From Raillietiella orientalis (Eukaryota), in contig JAYWIR010000006.1 in NCBI GenBank assembly GCA_036172245.1, positions 2,976,001 to 3,040,000 of the forward strand: DNA of 64,000 nt. Direction: 5' to 3'. Below are positions 51,601 to 64,000 of the stretch, one piece after another; the stretch's first letter is position 1; every line of letters begins with the position of its first letter. The notes beneath the pieces were generated by a model. That model did not search any database, had not been told where the DNA came from, and saw only the letters and a list, made by a program, of their open reading frames with translations. The translations under genes and the position numbers were made by a program.

Positions 51601-52444
51601 TTCGCGTGGTTTACAACCAGCGCGCTCGCGCAGGCGTCTTTCGAAGTCGTCGACAGGTACGCGGGAAAAGGTTCGTCTTGCGCACTACTTTCGAGGAAGA
51701 AAGGCGCGAAGACACCTTCCTTCGTCATAGTCGTATTGTCCCCAGCACCTGACGCGATAGTTGGTTCCGCAGAAACCACTCCAGATTGTGTAAAGGCTGC
51801 ATTCCATCGCGCCTCCACCATCACAAGAAAGCCTTTCCCTATTCAGGCAATAAACCCTTAGCTTCTTTGTTCTCCGCAAATCGGTGTGAAGAGACGTCTC
51901 GGAGACTTTGCTGGAACCGGCGATATGTTCGGCGGAAGAAGAAATAGGAAGCACAGGAAAGAACGCCTCTGAGAACAAGTGCGCGCGAGGAAGACGCTTA
52001 TGGATGAGTCATGGTGCCGACAGCCTTCCTTTGAGGTGCAGATAAGAGCGCGGCAGAATAACCCGCACGCATTTCCGACTCTACGATTTTGCTTTCAGCA
52101 GCAAGCAAACTGATAAATTAATGACGGCAGACGTCGCAGAAAGGCCTAATAGCACCACTCGTAATTTACTGCGCATGGATACCACTGCGTAGCCTTTCAA
52201 AAGACTGGACTCGGCTCTGCCGCTGCGAAAGCATGCAACTCGGAATTCTTAAATTGGATCCAAGCTCCTGGCCCAGTAGAATTTCACTCGTGAAACGCAT
52301 TGGCAATCTTGGGATCAATTTTAGAGATGCTAGGTATTCGTCAGAGAGCGGTTTTTTCTTTCAGTGGCACTACTGGAAGAAAGAACACTTAAGACATGCA
52401 AATGCACCAAATTTTCCAAAAATACGTACGAAATGGTGCAACAG

Positions 52445-52550
52445 GATGCTGGGAAGCACGTGTGAAGGGGTATCGGGAAGCACGTACGAAGGGGTATTGG
52501 GAAGCACGTACGAAGGGGTATTGAGAAGCACGTACAACAGGGTATTGGGA
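52445..52550. repeat. Tandem repeat, ~4.5 x 24 bp (ggggtattgggaagcacgtacgaa), with ~1.5 more units at 52848-52888
   Basis: Visible directly; translates as GSTYEGVL repeats in ORF 52233-52832. Confidence 0.9.
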
Positions 52551-52768
52551 AAGAGAATGGGGTCTCCACCTCCTACTGGGTCGAAGAAGGATGAGTTCAA
52601 GTTTCGATCGAATAGGAGTATAGTAATGCCTCCTGCTAGAACGGGTAGCGCTAGGATTAATAAAACTGCGGTAATGAGGATTGATCACCGGAGGAGAGGG
52701 GTATTTGGGAGAGATATGTTTGAGGGGCGTATGTTGATGATGGTGGTGATAAAGTTAATTGCCCAGAG
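52549..52768 (-). pseudogene. COX1: Nuclear mitochondrial insertion (NUMT): cytochrome c oxidase subunit I fragment
   Basis: Minus strand reads [71 protein letters not shown] when ATA=Met and TGA=Trp (TGA at 52685-52687). This is the 3' end of the COI barcode region, without indels. Confidence 0.97.
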
Positions 52769-55532
52769 GGCCACGGAGGCCCCCGAAGAAGGCGAGAGAA
52801 TGACGCGGGGATGCCTTCCGCGGCCAGCCTGATCGACTGTCCATCGCCGAAGGGGTATTGGGAAGCACGCACGAAAAGGTGTTGGGAAATGCCTTGGTTT
52901 CCCTGAGAAAGAGATGGATTTCCTCGGTTCTACAGCAGCAGAAAGACACTTTTTGCAGCGTGCAGCAAAAGAACAAGGGTGCGAAAGAGGAAATGCAGTT
53001 CCAATGCAGGAAGCTGAACTCCTTGACGAAGTGGCAACCGTTCGAGAAATGAGCTGAGCTTTGCCATGCGGACGTGGTAATACACGGCGGAGAAAAACCG
53101 AGGTGAAAAGTGAAACCGAAAGATCCCGGAAACGACTCGTTTCCGGAACGGGGCAAGGGCTTTGCTGGCCCCCTGACGACGGGCTCGGAATGCCGGTTTG
53201 GGATGCGTGCGCAGTTCCCGTCGGAGGCGTACGGGTGTTTCCAAGGACGCACCTCCGTCAGAGGAAGGCTCGGTGCCCCGCGCTGCGTTTCACATGCTGG
53301 GAGCCCACCTACTCGGCAAACAGGAGGGATGCTGGAAGACTTTCGGGTGAGAAGAGATTTGCCACGCGAGCTCCACCGGCGTCGGCTCGAATCCTGACGA
53401 CGCACCCCTAGCCGGGAACTCTGCTCATTTTCCGAGATCGAGGGGACAAGAAAGGGCAGAGGGGTTCTAAAACTAACCGGGAGCAGCTACGAACAAGCCC
53501 GAGTTTACGGAGGACATGGGAATGCGCGGCGAGGAAGGACAGAAGAGGCGCATCCTGCCCCGTGCCGTGCCATGCAGACAAACGCCAATTGGTCCGGGAT
53601 GCGCGCAGCAGTGAAATGAAACGCGGTTCCCTGTGCACTCCAAGGACGGGTTCATGGAGGGTATTCCGGAGAGAGGAGAGGATCCGCTGAAGGAGGAGCG
53701 ATCTTGGAGCAACCTGTTCCCAGTGCCGTGGGGGCTTGGAGGGTCTTCCGAACCCGAAGTCCGTTCGAACGCGCCCGCCTCGTCCAGTGAACGGGAGGTT
53801 CTAATGAAGGGTGGGAGATGTTTCTGTGGAGATGACGCTGGAACCTGAAAACGGGGTGCCGTCAATCATCCGAGGTCGATTAGCCTGTTGCAGCATTCTT
53901 TCGTTCCAAATGAAAGGCGGGGAGGTGTTCAGCGGAGGCTGCGATCCTCGTCGTGGATGCTGCGTGGACGGCACTTTTAAGGAGGAAGAAAAATGTCGAC
54001 CGGTGAAGCTGCGCGGAGATGAATCTACTGCTCGGAAAATGATCCTGTGGAGGCAGGAGGAAGGAAGTGGGGAAAAGGGAGAACCATCGTCCGCATTAGC
54101 AGTTACCTCGCACTTTTGCACCATCCGCGTTCCGCCACCTGCCAGCAAACGTGGGGAGGGGGGGCTTTCCCGAGCAGCCGGGGCCCGCGAGCGGAATGCA
54201 CGCCTTGAAGGAAGGCACACAGGGGGTTCACTCCCCTCCCCCCATGTAATGCCGAGAGCGCTCCTCTTCTTCCCGCGGTGTCTCTCCTCCTTCCGGGGGA
54301 ATCCCCCGAAGAAGGCGAGAGAATGACGCGACGAGGATGCCTTCCGTGGCCAGCGTGGTCGACTGCGCCGGCTGTCCACCGCCGAAAGGGTGTGCTCAGG
54401 AAGGTGACGTTCCGCTTGGTGTCCCCTCCTCCTTCTCCCCGCAGATGAGTGCGAAAATTCGTGCGGAGGTGGGCAGCAGCTTCGAAGGGTGCGGTGAAAT
54501 CGTTTTCGTTTTCCTCTTTTTCTCCCGGGTGCAGTTGACGTGCAGAGCGATCGCGCCGCCGCAGAGAGATCAGACGACGTTGCCCTTCCGTTTTCGCGAA
54601 GCACGGATGGAAAACCGCCCGAAGCTTCCTCGCGGCTCGAGGAGGGGGATGGATGAAGACGAAAAGGCCACTCCCGCACGCGAGAAAAAAAAAACAAAAG
54701 TCCCCCCCCCCCCCGCCCCGTCCCCCCATCCTCCCGCCCGCGTGCATTCCGGAAAGCAACCGGGAGGAAGTTCATCGGGAGAGACGGCTCCGCGAAATTG
54801 AGCAAGCAGCAGGCCGCGTGTCTCGGGAGCAAAGTGGCCTCTGAGCACCCGCAAGAACGCTGCCATCGCGGAAAGAGCCCTGCGTCCCGGAAAGAACGGG
54901 AAGTTCGAGGACGAGGGAGAACTGGGCTTGGAATTCCAGGAAAGCGTGCTCTCGCAGGGTTTTCTTTTGTTGTTGTTGTTTCTTCCCCTCTTCCCCCCCC
55001 CCCCCCCCCCCCTTTGTGCGTTGCGAGTTCGCCGCAATCTGACATCAGCTCTGAAGAGCTGCCTGCCTCCGTGGAAACCCATCGGCGGGGGCGACTCGAA
55101 GGGCACATCTGTTGGTGCCGGAAAAGTTACCTCCCCCTCCCCCTTCCCTCTTGCAGCCGAGCGTCAGGGACGCTCCACGTATGCTGCTGCCGCCGCTCTT
55201 GCAGCAGGGAGACGGCCCCGAGCTGCGCGCAGACGACGAGTCGCGGAGTGCTCCAGGTGGCGCGCCCGTCGCCACATGGAATGCTTCGCCGCCTTCGCCG
55301 TCGCGCCTCCTGGGAGCTGCTAGGAACGGTTCCCGGTCCCCACGAGCCGCCGTCCGGCTTGCATCCGACGGCGGCTGCGCTCCCGCGAGCGCCTCACTTT
55401 CGAGTCCTCCCGTAGCCCGGAAGGGAGCGATCACCCCCGGAGAGAACTGCTCCGGCTGCTGGCAGCAACACTAAAGGAAAGGGGGAGGGGAGTTACCCTC
55501 CCCACTCTTGGAAAGTTCCAGAGAGTGCCCAT

Positions 55533-56215
55533 GTTGGCGGCCGTGCGGGCTCCGTGCGTGGTGCCGTGCGTTTCGGATTCGAATCCCGCCCGGGAAAGGA
55601 TCGACGCCGAGAACGCGGGGTGCGTCGCGGGTTTCGATTCCTCCCCGCGAGATGACGCTGGTTGGCCTGTGAGCTTCGAGTGCAGCACTGGCGAAAGCAG
55701 CCGGAAACCCCCGGATGCCCTGTTGACTGGTAGGGATTGCAAGTTGACCCTCCAAGGTCCTTCCAGGAGTGCTCAAGGAGCCCTTCTGGGTTCCCCTCCG
55801 GTTGTGAAAAGATAGCCTTCCTTCCCATCGTGGGGACCCCCCCATCGCACACCATGGACCTCGGTGACATCGCTCTCGGGGGGCGTTGCCTCTCCAGAGT
55901 GTCAGAAGCTCGCTGCTCCCTTCTGGGTTCTCTTCAGAGGAGCAGCAACAAGAAACAGTTCCCTTGAGGGTCCCCCGAAGAAGAAATTCCAGGAGCGCAT
56001 CCTTTCTAGGTTCCCTTCGGAGAAGAGACGAGTGGGACGACCTTTCTGAGGAGAACAGGAAAGAAGTGGTTCCCTCTGGGGTCTCCTCCCAAGCGTAAGG
56101 GGAACGGACTCCTTCCTCCGGAGAGCTTCCTGGATTCACAGATCACCCCTCCGGGCTTACCCCCCTAATTGAAGAGTGACGCGCATCCTCTGCTGGAGTG
56201 GACAGCGTTAAAGTT
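55533..56215 (+). mobile_element. tRNA-headed SINE copy, empty LINE target site, tail missing
   Basis: ttggcggccgtg head; ggattcgaatccc at ~55575; empty site gtgcagcactggcg at ~55680; body homology to gacagcgttaaag. Confidence 0.8.
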
Positions 56216-56229
56216 TCAGAGAATGCCGT

Positions 56230-56950
56230 TGGGTGCGCTCGCTGCCCATCACAGAGGCGCGAGCGCGCAATGAAAGCTCATGAAGGCGGGCCATGGCGGT
56301 CAGGGGCTGCATGAGACCAGGCCCCATGAGAAATCGGCTTGGCGGAGGAACAGGAGTCCTTTCTATCTCCTCCCTATCTTTCGCGCTCCGGTCTGCCTCC
56401 CTTTGCCGCCGGGGGATTTCGAAAGCGGCGTTCGGGAAGGTTCACTGGAAAGGCCACCCGTTCACATCCCGGAGAATCCTCGTCCCTCGAGTCGGAAGCA
56501 TCCTTGTCGCGCGACGGGTCTCCGCCGGCATCCGCGTACTCGCGTGGGGGCTCCCGAGGCGTTTTGGCCCGCTACCCGAGTCTCGACCTCGCTGCGTGCG
56601 TGCACCGCGGACGAACGGACGACATTTCCGTGCTCCCGATGCCTCCAAGGGAGCGTTCCCCTGAAGCGCGTCCGCGGGGATCGTCGATTTCCCCCCACAC
56701 GCTGTCCCTGGACTCGTTTCCCGCTTCCGGAGCGCTCAGGTTTTTCCCCGACCCCCATGTGCGCGGGGAAGCCCGCGGCCGCCACCCCGATCCTCTGGAG
56801 GAACCTGCGCGCTCCAGAGTCGCTCCCTATCGTCCGCTCGAGACGCGACCCATCGACCATCACGTGCTGGTAATGTGGCTGCACGCGGGGCACGCGGAGG
56901 TGGAGACCAGGAAATGCCGCCTTGGATGCCGCCCGCGGACAAGGCCCTCT
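56230..56950 (+). mobile_element. LINE AP-endonuclease fragment
   Basis: PPGDFE (GDFN-like), LSLDSF (SRLD.F-like) and PIDHHVL (SDH..L-like) in order across frames. Confidence 0.4.
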
Positions 56951-57049
56951 ACTGATGCTCTTGTTGGGCGTGGCTATGTCGCTATTTTTTTCTCTCTCTC
57001 TCTTTCCCTTCTTTCCTACCCTTCCCGGCGCTCCAGTCTCCGGGTTGCT

Positions 57050-59350
57050 GCGCTGCGGACTGTTCCAGACAACAACCCTTTGCCGCCGGGGATGTTTCTC
57101 TATTTCCCTTGGCCAGTAGCATTTCTGATGCGGGGGCTCGATTTTCCGCCGTTATTGTTCTTCTCAGCGTGAGGTTGTCTTCTACTTCTTGCGACTCCAC
57201 CTCCGGAAATTTTCGGTCCAAGATTCCGCTTCCAAGTGTGGGTCGCCTCCTACTCATCTGGAAGACGGAAGGATTCTCGAATGATGTCCTTTAGTACCTC
57301 TAGGATTTCCGCCCCGCTGCCCTGCTTCCGGGATCATATCCAGAATGTCCTTTTTTGCCAAGCAGGGAATTCGATCAGCGTATGCGTCGAGCAGGGAAAT
57401 CAGGTTGTCGCGGTTACTTCCCCTCGTTAGTAATCTTGTCGAAAGTTCCTCCCTCTCTCCGATGATTTCCTGAGACCTGCCCTCGCGTCTCTAGGATACC
57501 CATGTCCATGTGAACGAAAGCAGCATCTGCTCGCTCGTGGCCTGTATTTCCACGCCGCCTCCTCTCTTTGCAAGATGTTGCAGGAGATAATCCTGTATCT
57601 TTTGCTTGTCCTCAAGTCTCTCAGTCTTATACCCGGCGCTTTGCATTGCTCTTACAGGAGCTTCCCAATTACGTTGCTCGGTTTCCTTCTTGCTCAGCTA
57701 GACGGGCACCGACAGATTCGTCGGCGACGGCCATCTCGATTTCTTGTCTGGCAGACACGTGAGTCCCATACTACTGCTCCTTCCTTCAGACGTCCCCGGG
57801 ATTCTAAACGATGTCGTTTCGTTCTTTAATTCCTGTAAGAAAAGCAAAAAAAGAAAAAAGCTCTTCAGCATTCTTGTTGATCGATTCGCCTGCAGGTGGA
57901 GTCGCGGGACATTCGAAAGATCCAATCCCGAACCGCTCCCGGATTTTCGTTAGGCTCAGACTTGGAGGGAAGAACTTCCAAGTCCACCCTGCTCACCCTG
58001 AAAATCAGCGCTTGGTCGTGGCACGCATGAGAGAGGGGAAGGCGCCACAGTATCATTCCTCGTCAGCGCATCCCCGACCTCGCCGCCTTCTGCTTAGGAA
58101 AGCTGCGACCGTGCCTCATAGCGATCCTGATTTGTGCAGCAGGTGAGGTCCAGGTTGACCTGCCCCCCTTGCTGCTTGGTGCCTTCTTCTGATTCCACTT
58201 CGAATTTTCATGCTGGCCATGCGTGCCGCCGATGCTGGAGGACCGTCCTAACATGGGGGGTGTCCCGAATCCGCACGCACGAAGGTGCATCATCTTCGAA
58301 GCACCCACACGCTTCGGACAGACGCGGCTTCTGCGCGACTTCCGTCGGAGCTGGAACTCACCTGGAGATCCCCGGGTCCGAGGATCTCTCCGATCGCCCG
58401 GACTTTGGGCGCTCGCGAAATTCCTGCGGAAGCTTCTTCGGAAGTCTGACGGGCGCTGCTGTCGATCCTGTTGCCAGCCAAGCCCATTCCTTGAGCGCCG
58501 AACGTCGAAATAGACGTCCCTTTCCTGTGCTCACGGTACGTCTTCTCCGACGTTCCTCGCTTGAGCACATCAGGCCGCCGCGGGCTTGCCACCTCTCACT
58601 TCCCGCCCGAGATCAAGACACTCGATGGTGTTCGTCTCACTCAACAGGCACTTCCGGTTCAGATGCGAGGAAACACGCAACGATTGTTTTCTCTCACTCT
58701 TCCTCCAGCCCTGCAAAAGTGATGGATTTTCTCCTCTTACGTGATTCTGCTCCATTTTCCGTGTTCCCCTGATCCGAAGACTTGATCCCATTCCGGGAAA
58801 GCGCTCGTTCTGTTGCTGGGCATCAAACGACCTGCTCCAGATCAGGTTTCTTCCGTCACCTCTGGCTGAGATACAATAGCGAATGGACTGCAGGAGCTCC
58901 AAGCTCGGTCCTCGGTTCAATTGACTCATGGGGCGCTAACAAGACGAGGTGTAAAATGATGCACCTCATTCCGTGCGACAGTTTCCATACGTAGTCGTGG
59001 CAACTGGTTCTCTTTATTTGCTGTTTGTTCTCCTGGCTCGTTTTCTTTTTCGTCGAGCTCGCTCACGAGTGGGCGAGCTGAAGGAAAGTCCAAATGAGCC
59101 CTCACGCTCTCAAATGAGCTGTGAAAAGCAGCTGCGCCGAAATTTGCGCTTATCGGAAAAGGCAGTACGCGCACCTTGAAGGATTCTCCCTTCAAAGTGG
59201 TCGGTCATGAGGAGATGAAGCAAGCAGTGACATACATCTGCATTCCGATGCTCCTTTTTCGTCGAAAGGACTGCTTCCACATCTATCCTATTGTCCACAC
59301 TATTGGCGAATTCAGGCCCTTCGACACGGCTGACCTATTACCAGTGACCC
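57050..59350 (-). mobile_element. Second decayed Ty1/copia remnant (integrase to RT start)
   Basis: Minus strand in order: KVRVLPFP...ESVRAHLD (K..R.PF...LE.VH.D-like), HDYVW / RNEVHHF, AQQQNER (PQQNG.AER-like), STFGA (VFG-like), LLAKGNRE (RLVAKG..Q-like, ~57100). Confidence 0.45.
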
Positions 59351-61899
59351 CTAATTAAAATTCAGCTTTACTGTAACTTTTCGAAGTGACGGAAAGCATA
59401 AAAAAAAAAAAAATGGTTTTTCTAAACAGAAGTACATTCGAGAGTTTTTTTTTTCTCTCCCTCTCTCTCTGTAAGATTTGATGCTAGCTCCAGGATGAGA
59501 ATGCTGGTCAAAGAAGACTGTCATTACTCTCCGGAAGATGTTACACTTTCCCGCTTGCACGTGCATAAAGATCTCAGCTGGGGTTCCGTTTGCCTTTTCC
59601 TTTTTCCTTTTTTTGAAAAATCATAGAGCAATGAGTTTGTTTGTTTTTCATATATTTGGGATGATGAGAGATCCACCAGGGAATTTTTTTCTCAAAACCC
59701 AGTTCGACTGTTTGCCTGGAGTGCGCGTGCTTCGGAGATCGCAGTCGAGATGACGGTTTGAGAATTGGGGTCAAAGAAGTCGTTTTAACCTTCCTGAACG
59801 ATGAGTTTCTGCTCCGCGGCTGTTTCAGATTTCTCTGTCAAAGCCACGTTGGCATCGCGAGGGCCTTTCTGCCTGAGAAGATCTCGAAATTCTGGACACC
59901 AGGACCTTTTTTTGTAAGCACGTCTTTTAGGAAAGTCAAAGTTTGGTTTGCGAGCGAACGTGCAAATCGAAAAAGAAAAAAGTCTCCTTCGAGCAGGAAA
60001 ACAAAACTGGTGCCTAAAGGGATGCGGAGAAGAGTGGACCGAAGGAAGAACGAACCATCCGTGGTTTGCCCGGATGAGGCAAGCTCATCGCTGCGAGGAG
60101 CATCCCGAGACTTTCCAGACGCTCCGAAAAGTGAAACCAGAGATAAGAGAGAGGTCGAAACACTCCTTCACATGACATCCGGGGGGGGCAGCTTGACCGC
60201 CTGCTCCCCTGGATCAATCCCGAATGATTTCGGTCACCTCCGGGCAGAACTCTCTCACTGGACGAGTTCAACTCGGACTGAATTCGAAGCACCGCGGATC
60301 GCGACGAAGGAAAAGACTCGCACCACTCCAGCTGCCCATCCAGAGGGCGACGAGGATGCCTGAAGATGGGGGAAAAGCGACCCTGAGGTACGCCAGCGCC
60401 TGGAACAGCTTCCGAGACCTGCAGAGGGAACCTCGGATATTTGCGGAGATGGATGCGAGAGAGATCTTCCAGCGGTCATGAAACCTAATAAAGCGCTCCG
60501 TCTCTTGGAACAGATTGCAGCAATTAAGTGCTTTGATTTGTCGTAGGGTTGTGCCACGGGTGACACTGGTGGAACCTTAGGTCAAGAAGCCGCGGAGGAA
60601 AAAATAAAGAGGATGGTTGTCTGCAGAAGACGGCAAATTTTCGGAGGTCCACACATTCTGGAAGCCGAAAATTTTTCCGTTTCGCTGTCTCACACTCTAG
60701 AAAAGTCAAGAAAAGATCGGAGCTCTTGCTTCCTTGATTCCCTCAGGCTGTCCTTTTCTGAGAATACTCAAAGCGCGGCGAAGGAAATCAAGCTTCAGGA
60801 TTCACGAAATGTGCTAAGAGCATCTTAAGAAGGATTCCTCGGAAGAGAGAGAGGGAGAGGGAAAAAAAAAAAGCAACAAGCCGAAGACAACCTGTCGCCA
60901 CCATCGGTCCATACTTGCTCCATTTATTTTCATTTATTTTAATTTTCTCAATTCCTGGCATAGCTCGGCATCCGGTAAGAAGGATGATTAAAGAACTTGT
61001 GCTCCACGCCCCTCCTCAGAAATTTCATTTATGCAAGTGGCTGCTGCTGATTCATACCTTCCTGTGCGGAGCAAGTCGAATTTCGCTCCGAGGTCCTGCG
61101 ACCGATTCATCAGCTCGTCCGTGAGGATAAAGAAACTGCGCCTCGAGTGAAGTGGGGAATTGGTTCGATTTATCTCAAATGAGTGATCATTTTGAAATTG
61201 GAAAAGCGCTCAAAAGTGCCACGAGGATCGATTCCGATAGGATGCTCTTTCGCTGAGCTACGGATGGCATGGAATAGCCGGTCGAGGCATTTCCGTATCA
61301 ACACATGCGTGTACGTACACACACACTGCCTAATGAAAATGGACCGTTCGGATGTGCGGAGCGCACTGCAGAGAGAGAGCTGGTCCATGAATTTTCATCG
61401 GACATCTGCAAAGGCGTTTGAGAGCACTCGGGTTGCCAACGAATGGGAAGCTTACCATGTAAACTGAAGAAGCATCGGTTGCATTTTTCCAGGGACTCTG
61501 ACCGATTCCATCTTCATTTTATTTTATTTTATTTTTCCGATGCGCAGGAACGATGGCGTCCCGAATTATTCGCAGCTTGAAAGTATCACACTGCCGCAGC
61601 ATTCCTGTAGCAAGAGGAGCAAATTTTTGTAACGGCCTCGTTCTCCAGATTCTAGATGTTTCGCTTGCCAAGCTGTAAAGTGCTTTCCGTTTGTCTGTGG
61701 TACCGATCGTGTAAAACACACACTCACAGAAGAAAAGAAAAGCCATGGATCAAATCGATCAGAACGTTCGAGGCACTGGGGACCCCTATTTTTTCTATCT
61801 GCATCCGCAGTCACTCGATGATTTGATTTGAGAATCCTTTGGCTTCCAAGTTACCAATTGCCATCGAACGCAATCGTTTTTGGGCAATCATGGAATGAA

Positions 61900-62500
61900 T
61901 TAATTATTGGCAACCGTCCGTGGCGGATGTTGGCAATCGTGGAAATACAGTTACGAGCTCTTTCTTAGTTTGGAGCTCCTCCTCCGAACAGGGCGAAGTT
62001 CCTCTGCCAAGTGGAACGGTGGGATTCTTTCAGTGGCCAGAAGTGCCGTTGGTGGTTTCAGCGTGCGGACCGCTTCGGTGGTGAGAGATGGCGGGGAAGC
62101 AAAAGAAATGGAGAACGCGGTCTTCGAGAACGGGTTCAAAGCTCGAATCGGGAAACCGAGCCTCTAAAGAGGAGGAAGAAGGATTTTTTTGCCAAGTGAA
62201 CCTGAATCCCGAGCGCGGAAGAATATGAGGACCAACACCGGAACGTTTCCGGAGCAGCGAGGGGACAGCATAGGGAAGCCGGGAAACACGGGCATGGTCA
62301 AATTTCGGGAAAGCCGCGGATGCTTCGAGAACACCTTAACACTAAGGAGGATGGGTGGAACTCGCGTCTGGAAGTGGGCGAAGGCTAAAAGCCTTGGACT
62401 TTCCGCGGAGAGGGTCCTCCAGGTCTGCCCGCAGCCGGACGGGAAGCTGTCCGGTAGCAAGCAGGTCCGATGCATTCAGAGGAACGTGAAACAAAACAAA
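61900..62500 (+). mobile_element. Possible LINE ORF1 remnant
   Basis: AERVLQVCPQPDGKLSGSKQVRC loosely resembles the ORF1 YER...C..CG..GH...C knuckle. Confidence 0.25.
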
Positions 62501-63329
62501 GCAAAGCAGAAAAAAACAGAGAGATGATCGGTTAATTCTCGGGAGGATCAAAAAGTAGGAGAGGGAGGAGGTCAGAGGCTGCAGAATTAATCGGGAGGTC
62601 TGGAAGTGCAACGAAAACCTCGGAAAGAGCACTCGACTTCCCTCCGAGCTTTTTTCCCTCTTTTTCTCCCTCCCTTTCTTTCTGCATTGATCCGTGAAAG
62701 AGAGTTTCCACTCCTCTTCCGAGAAGCTGATGGCCTGCAACCACGAGAAGAAACACTTCTTCGTCCGGAAGAATTCGAGGATTCTCCGTGACACCTAGGA
62801 GAAAGGCAGAAGGGCCCTTGGACGCGCGCGATGCAGCCTGGACCGGCAATTTCGTGCTCGGAAAAGCGTGGCGGTCCTGCCCGCCCCGGGGACGCTTTCG
62901 TTCGAGCCTCAGCCCGGAGGAAGCGGGGCGACTGCGATCGGCGTGAAACGGGACGCCTGGCAGAGCCCGCACGTCAGCGCTCACGAAGCTGGGATCGTGC
63001 ACCGGGAGCGGCCGCTCGTGACAACAGGAAAACAGTTATCCTAAAGAGAAAGGAGACGGCCAACTAGAAGTCGAAAGCAGGAGCTGCCTCTGGAAGCGTG
63101 GATTCCAGAGATTTGGGGCGAACAGGAACGGGCGATTTGCGCGCGACAGATCCTCCCGTGGCCTGCGGGAGGAGCGAGTGCCCGAAGAGAACCCGCGTCC
63201 TAGGAAGAGTTTCCCAGGGCTTTTCCCGAAACGAGTTTCCTGAGAAGCGCAGTCAATGGATGAGCGCGAGATTACGTCACACTGACAGGCAGGGCGGAGG
63301 CGCGAGCACGCGGAATTCTAAAACGTCGG

Positions 63330-64000
63330 AGGGTTTGTGGTTAAGGCTTCCGCGCGTGGCACCGTGCGTCGCGGGTTCGAATACTGTGGCAGAAACTGAC
63401 GCCACTGCGTCGTTGGGTTCCGAGTTTCTCCTGCAATGGCGCTGGTTGGCCGAGACATTCGGGTGTGGCCCCGGCGGTAGATAAAGCCGGAGGCCCCCGA
63501 TGAAGACCGGAACAATGGGAAATTGACCTTCGGGTCTTCCCAGGAATAAAGGAGTGGGGAGTTCCCCCTCCAGTCGTACAACGGAAAGCGGACCCCCCCA
63601 CACCGGGGAGACCCCTCCGGTTTCAAGATGGAGCAGGAGCCCTCACGGGCACCTCTCCAGTTCAAAGGAGCGGACCCTCCCCGTTGCGGGGGGTCCCTCC
63701 GAGTCGTCACCTCTCCACAGAGTGCAAGGAAGCAAGCGAGAGCGATTCCGAGGGAAGCTGCAGAGCCCCTTCTGAGTTTCGGAAGCGTCCCTTCGGGGTT
63801 CTCTTCAGAGGAGTGAACAGGAGCGGTTCCCTTGAGGGTTCCCTCCAGAGAAGAAATTCCTACTAGCGGATCCTTTCCAGGTTGCTTTCGGAGAAGATGA
63901 AATGGAGAGGACAGTCCATCCCCATTGGGGGGTGTCCTTCCGGAGAGAATGAGGAAGGAGATTCTTTTCGGGGTTCCCCTTCGGAGACAACCAGGGTGGG
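63330..64000 (+). mobile_element. tRNA-headed SINE copy running off the window end
   Basis: gtggttaagg (D-loop/A-box-like), gcgtggcaccg, ggttcgaata at 63374; body ggggttctcttcagaggag...gttcccttgagggttcc. Confidence 0.8.

Noticed and set aside
53801..55108. Longest ORF in the track (435 aa, minus) as a real gene
   Set aside because: Arg/Ser/Pro/Gly-rich, crosses homopolymer runs and a duplicated repeat segment, and has no domain motif; typical chance ORF in GC-rich DNA.
59700..60800. RTE/L2-type LINE linker remnant (NHPWF, GGKA)
   Set aside because: Motifs too short and degenerate to support a feature call.
1..64000. Plant (lycophyte-like) or prokaryotic origin suggested by short introns, copia and zinc-finger LINEs
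   Set aside because: The cox1 fragment uses an animal mitochondrial code, and there are no operons or dense coding; species-level identity cannot be determined here.

Overview
Eukaryotic nuclear DNA dominated by repeats. I found no intact protein-coding gene, and nearly all ORFs in the track are spurious frames over decayed repeats. A ~220-bp cox1 fragment at 52549-52768 (minus) reads correctly only with ATA=Met and TGA=Trp, so it is probably an animal NUMT. Main contents: (1) many decayed L1/Tx1-type non-LTR retrotransposons (AP endonuclease, RT with YADD, CxxC..HxxxxC zinc finger) that end in conserved hairpins rather than poly(A); (2) nine copies of a ~0.7-0.9 kb tRNA-headed SINE-like family, three of which carry a LINE inserted antisense at the same 14-bp site, suggesting a SINE-targeting LINE; (3) a 1,239-bp, ~99%-identical inverted repeat (16058-17296 / 21324-22562) made of LINE 3' halves whose termini are diverged; (4) a remnant of a restriction-like-endonuclease non-LTR element; (5) two decayed Ty1/copia remnants; (6) a hAT-type MITE; (7) scattered short GT-AG intron-like segments from unidentified gene remnants. 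All alignments and identities were judged by eye, and most boundaries are approximate.
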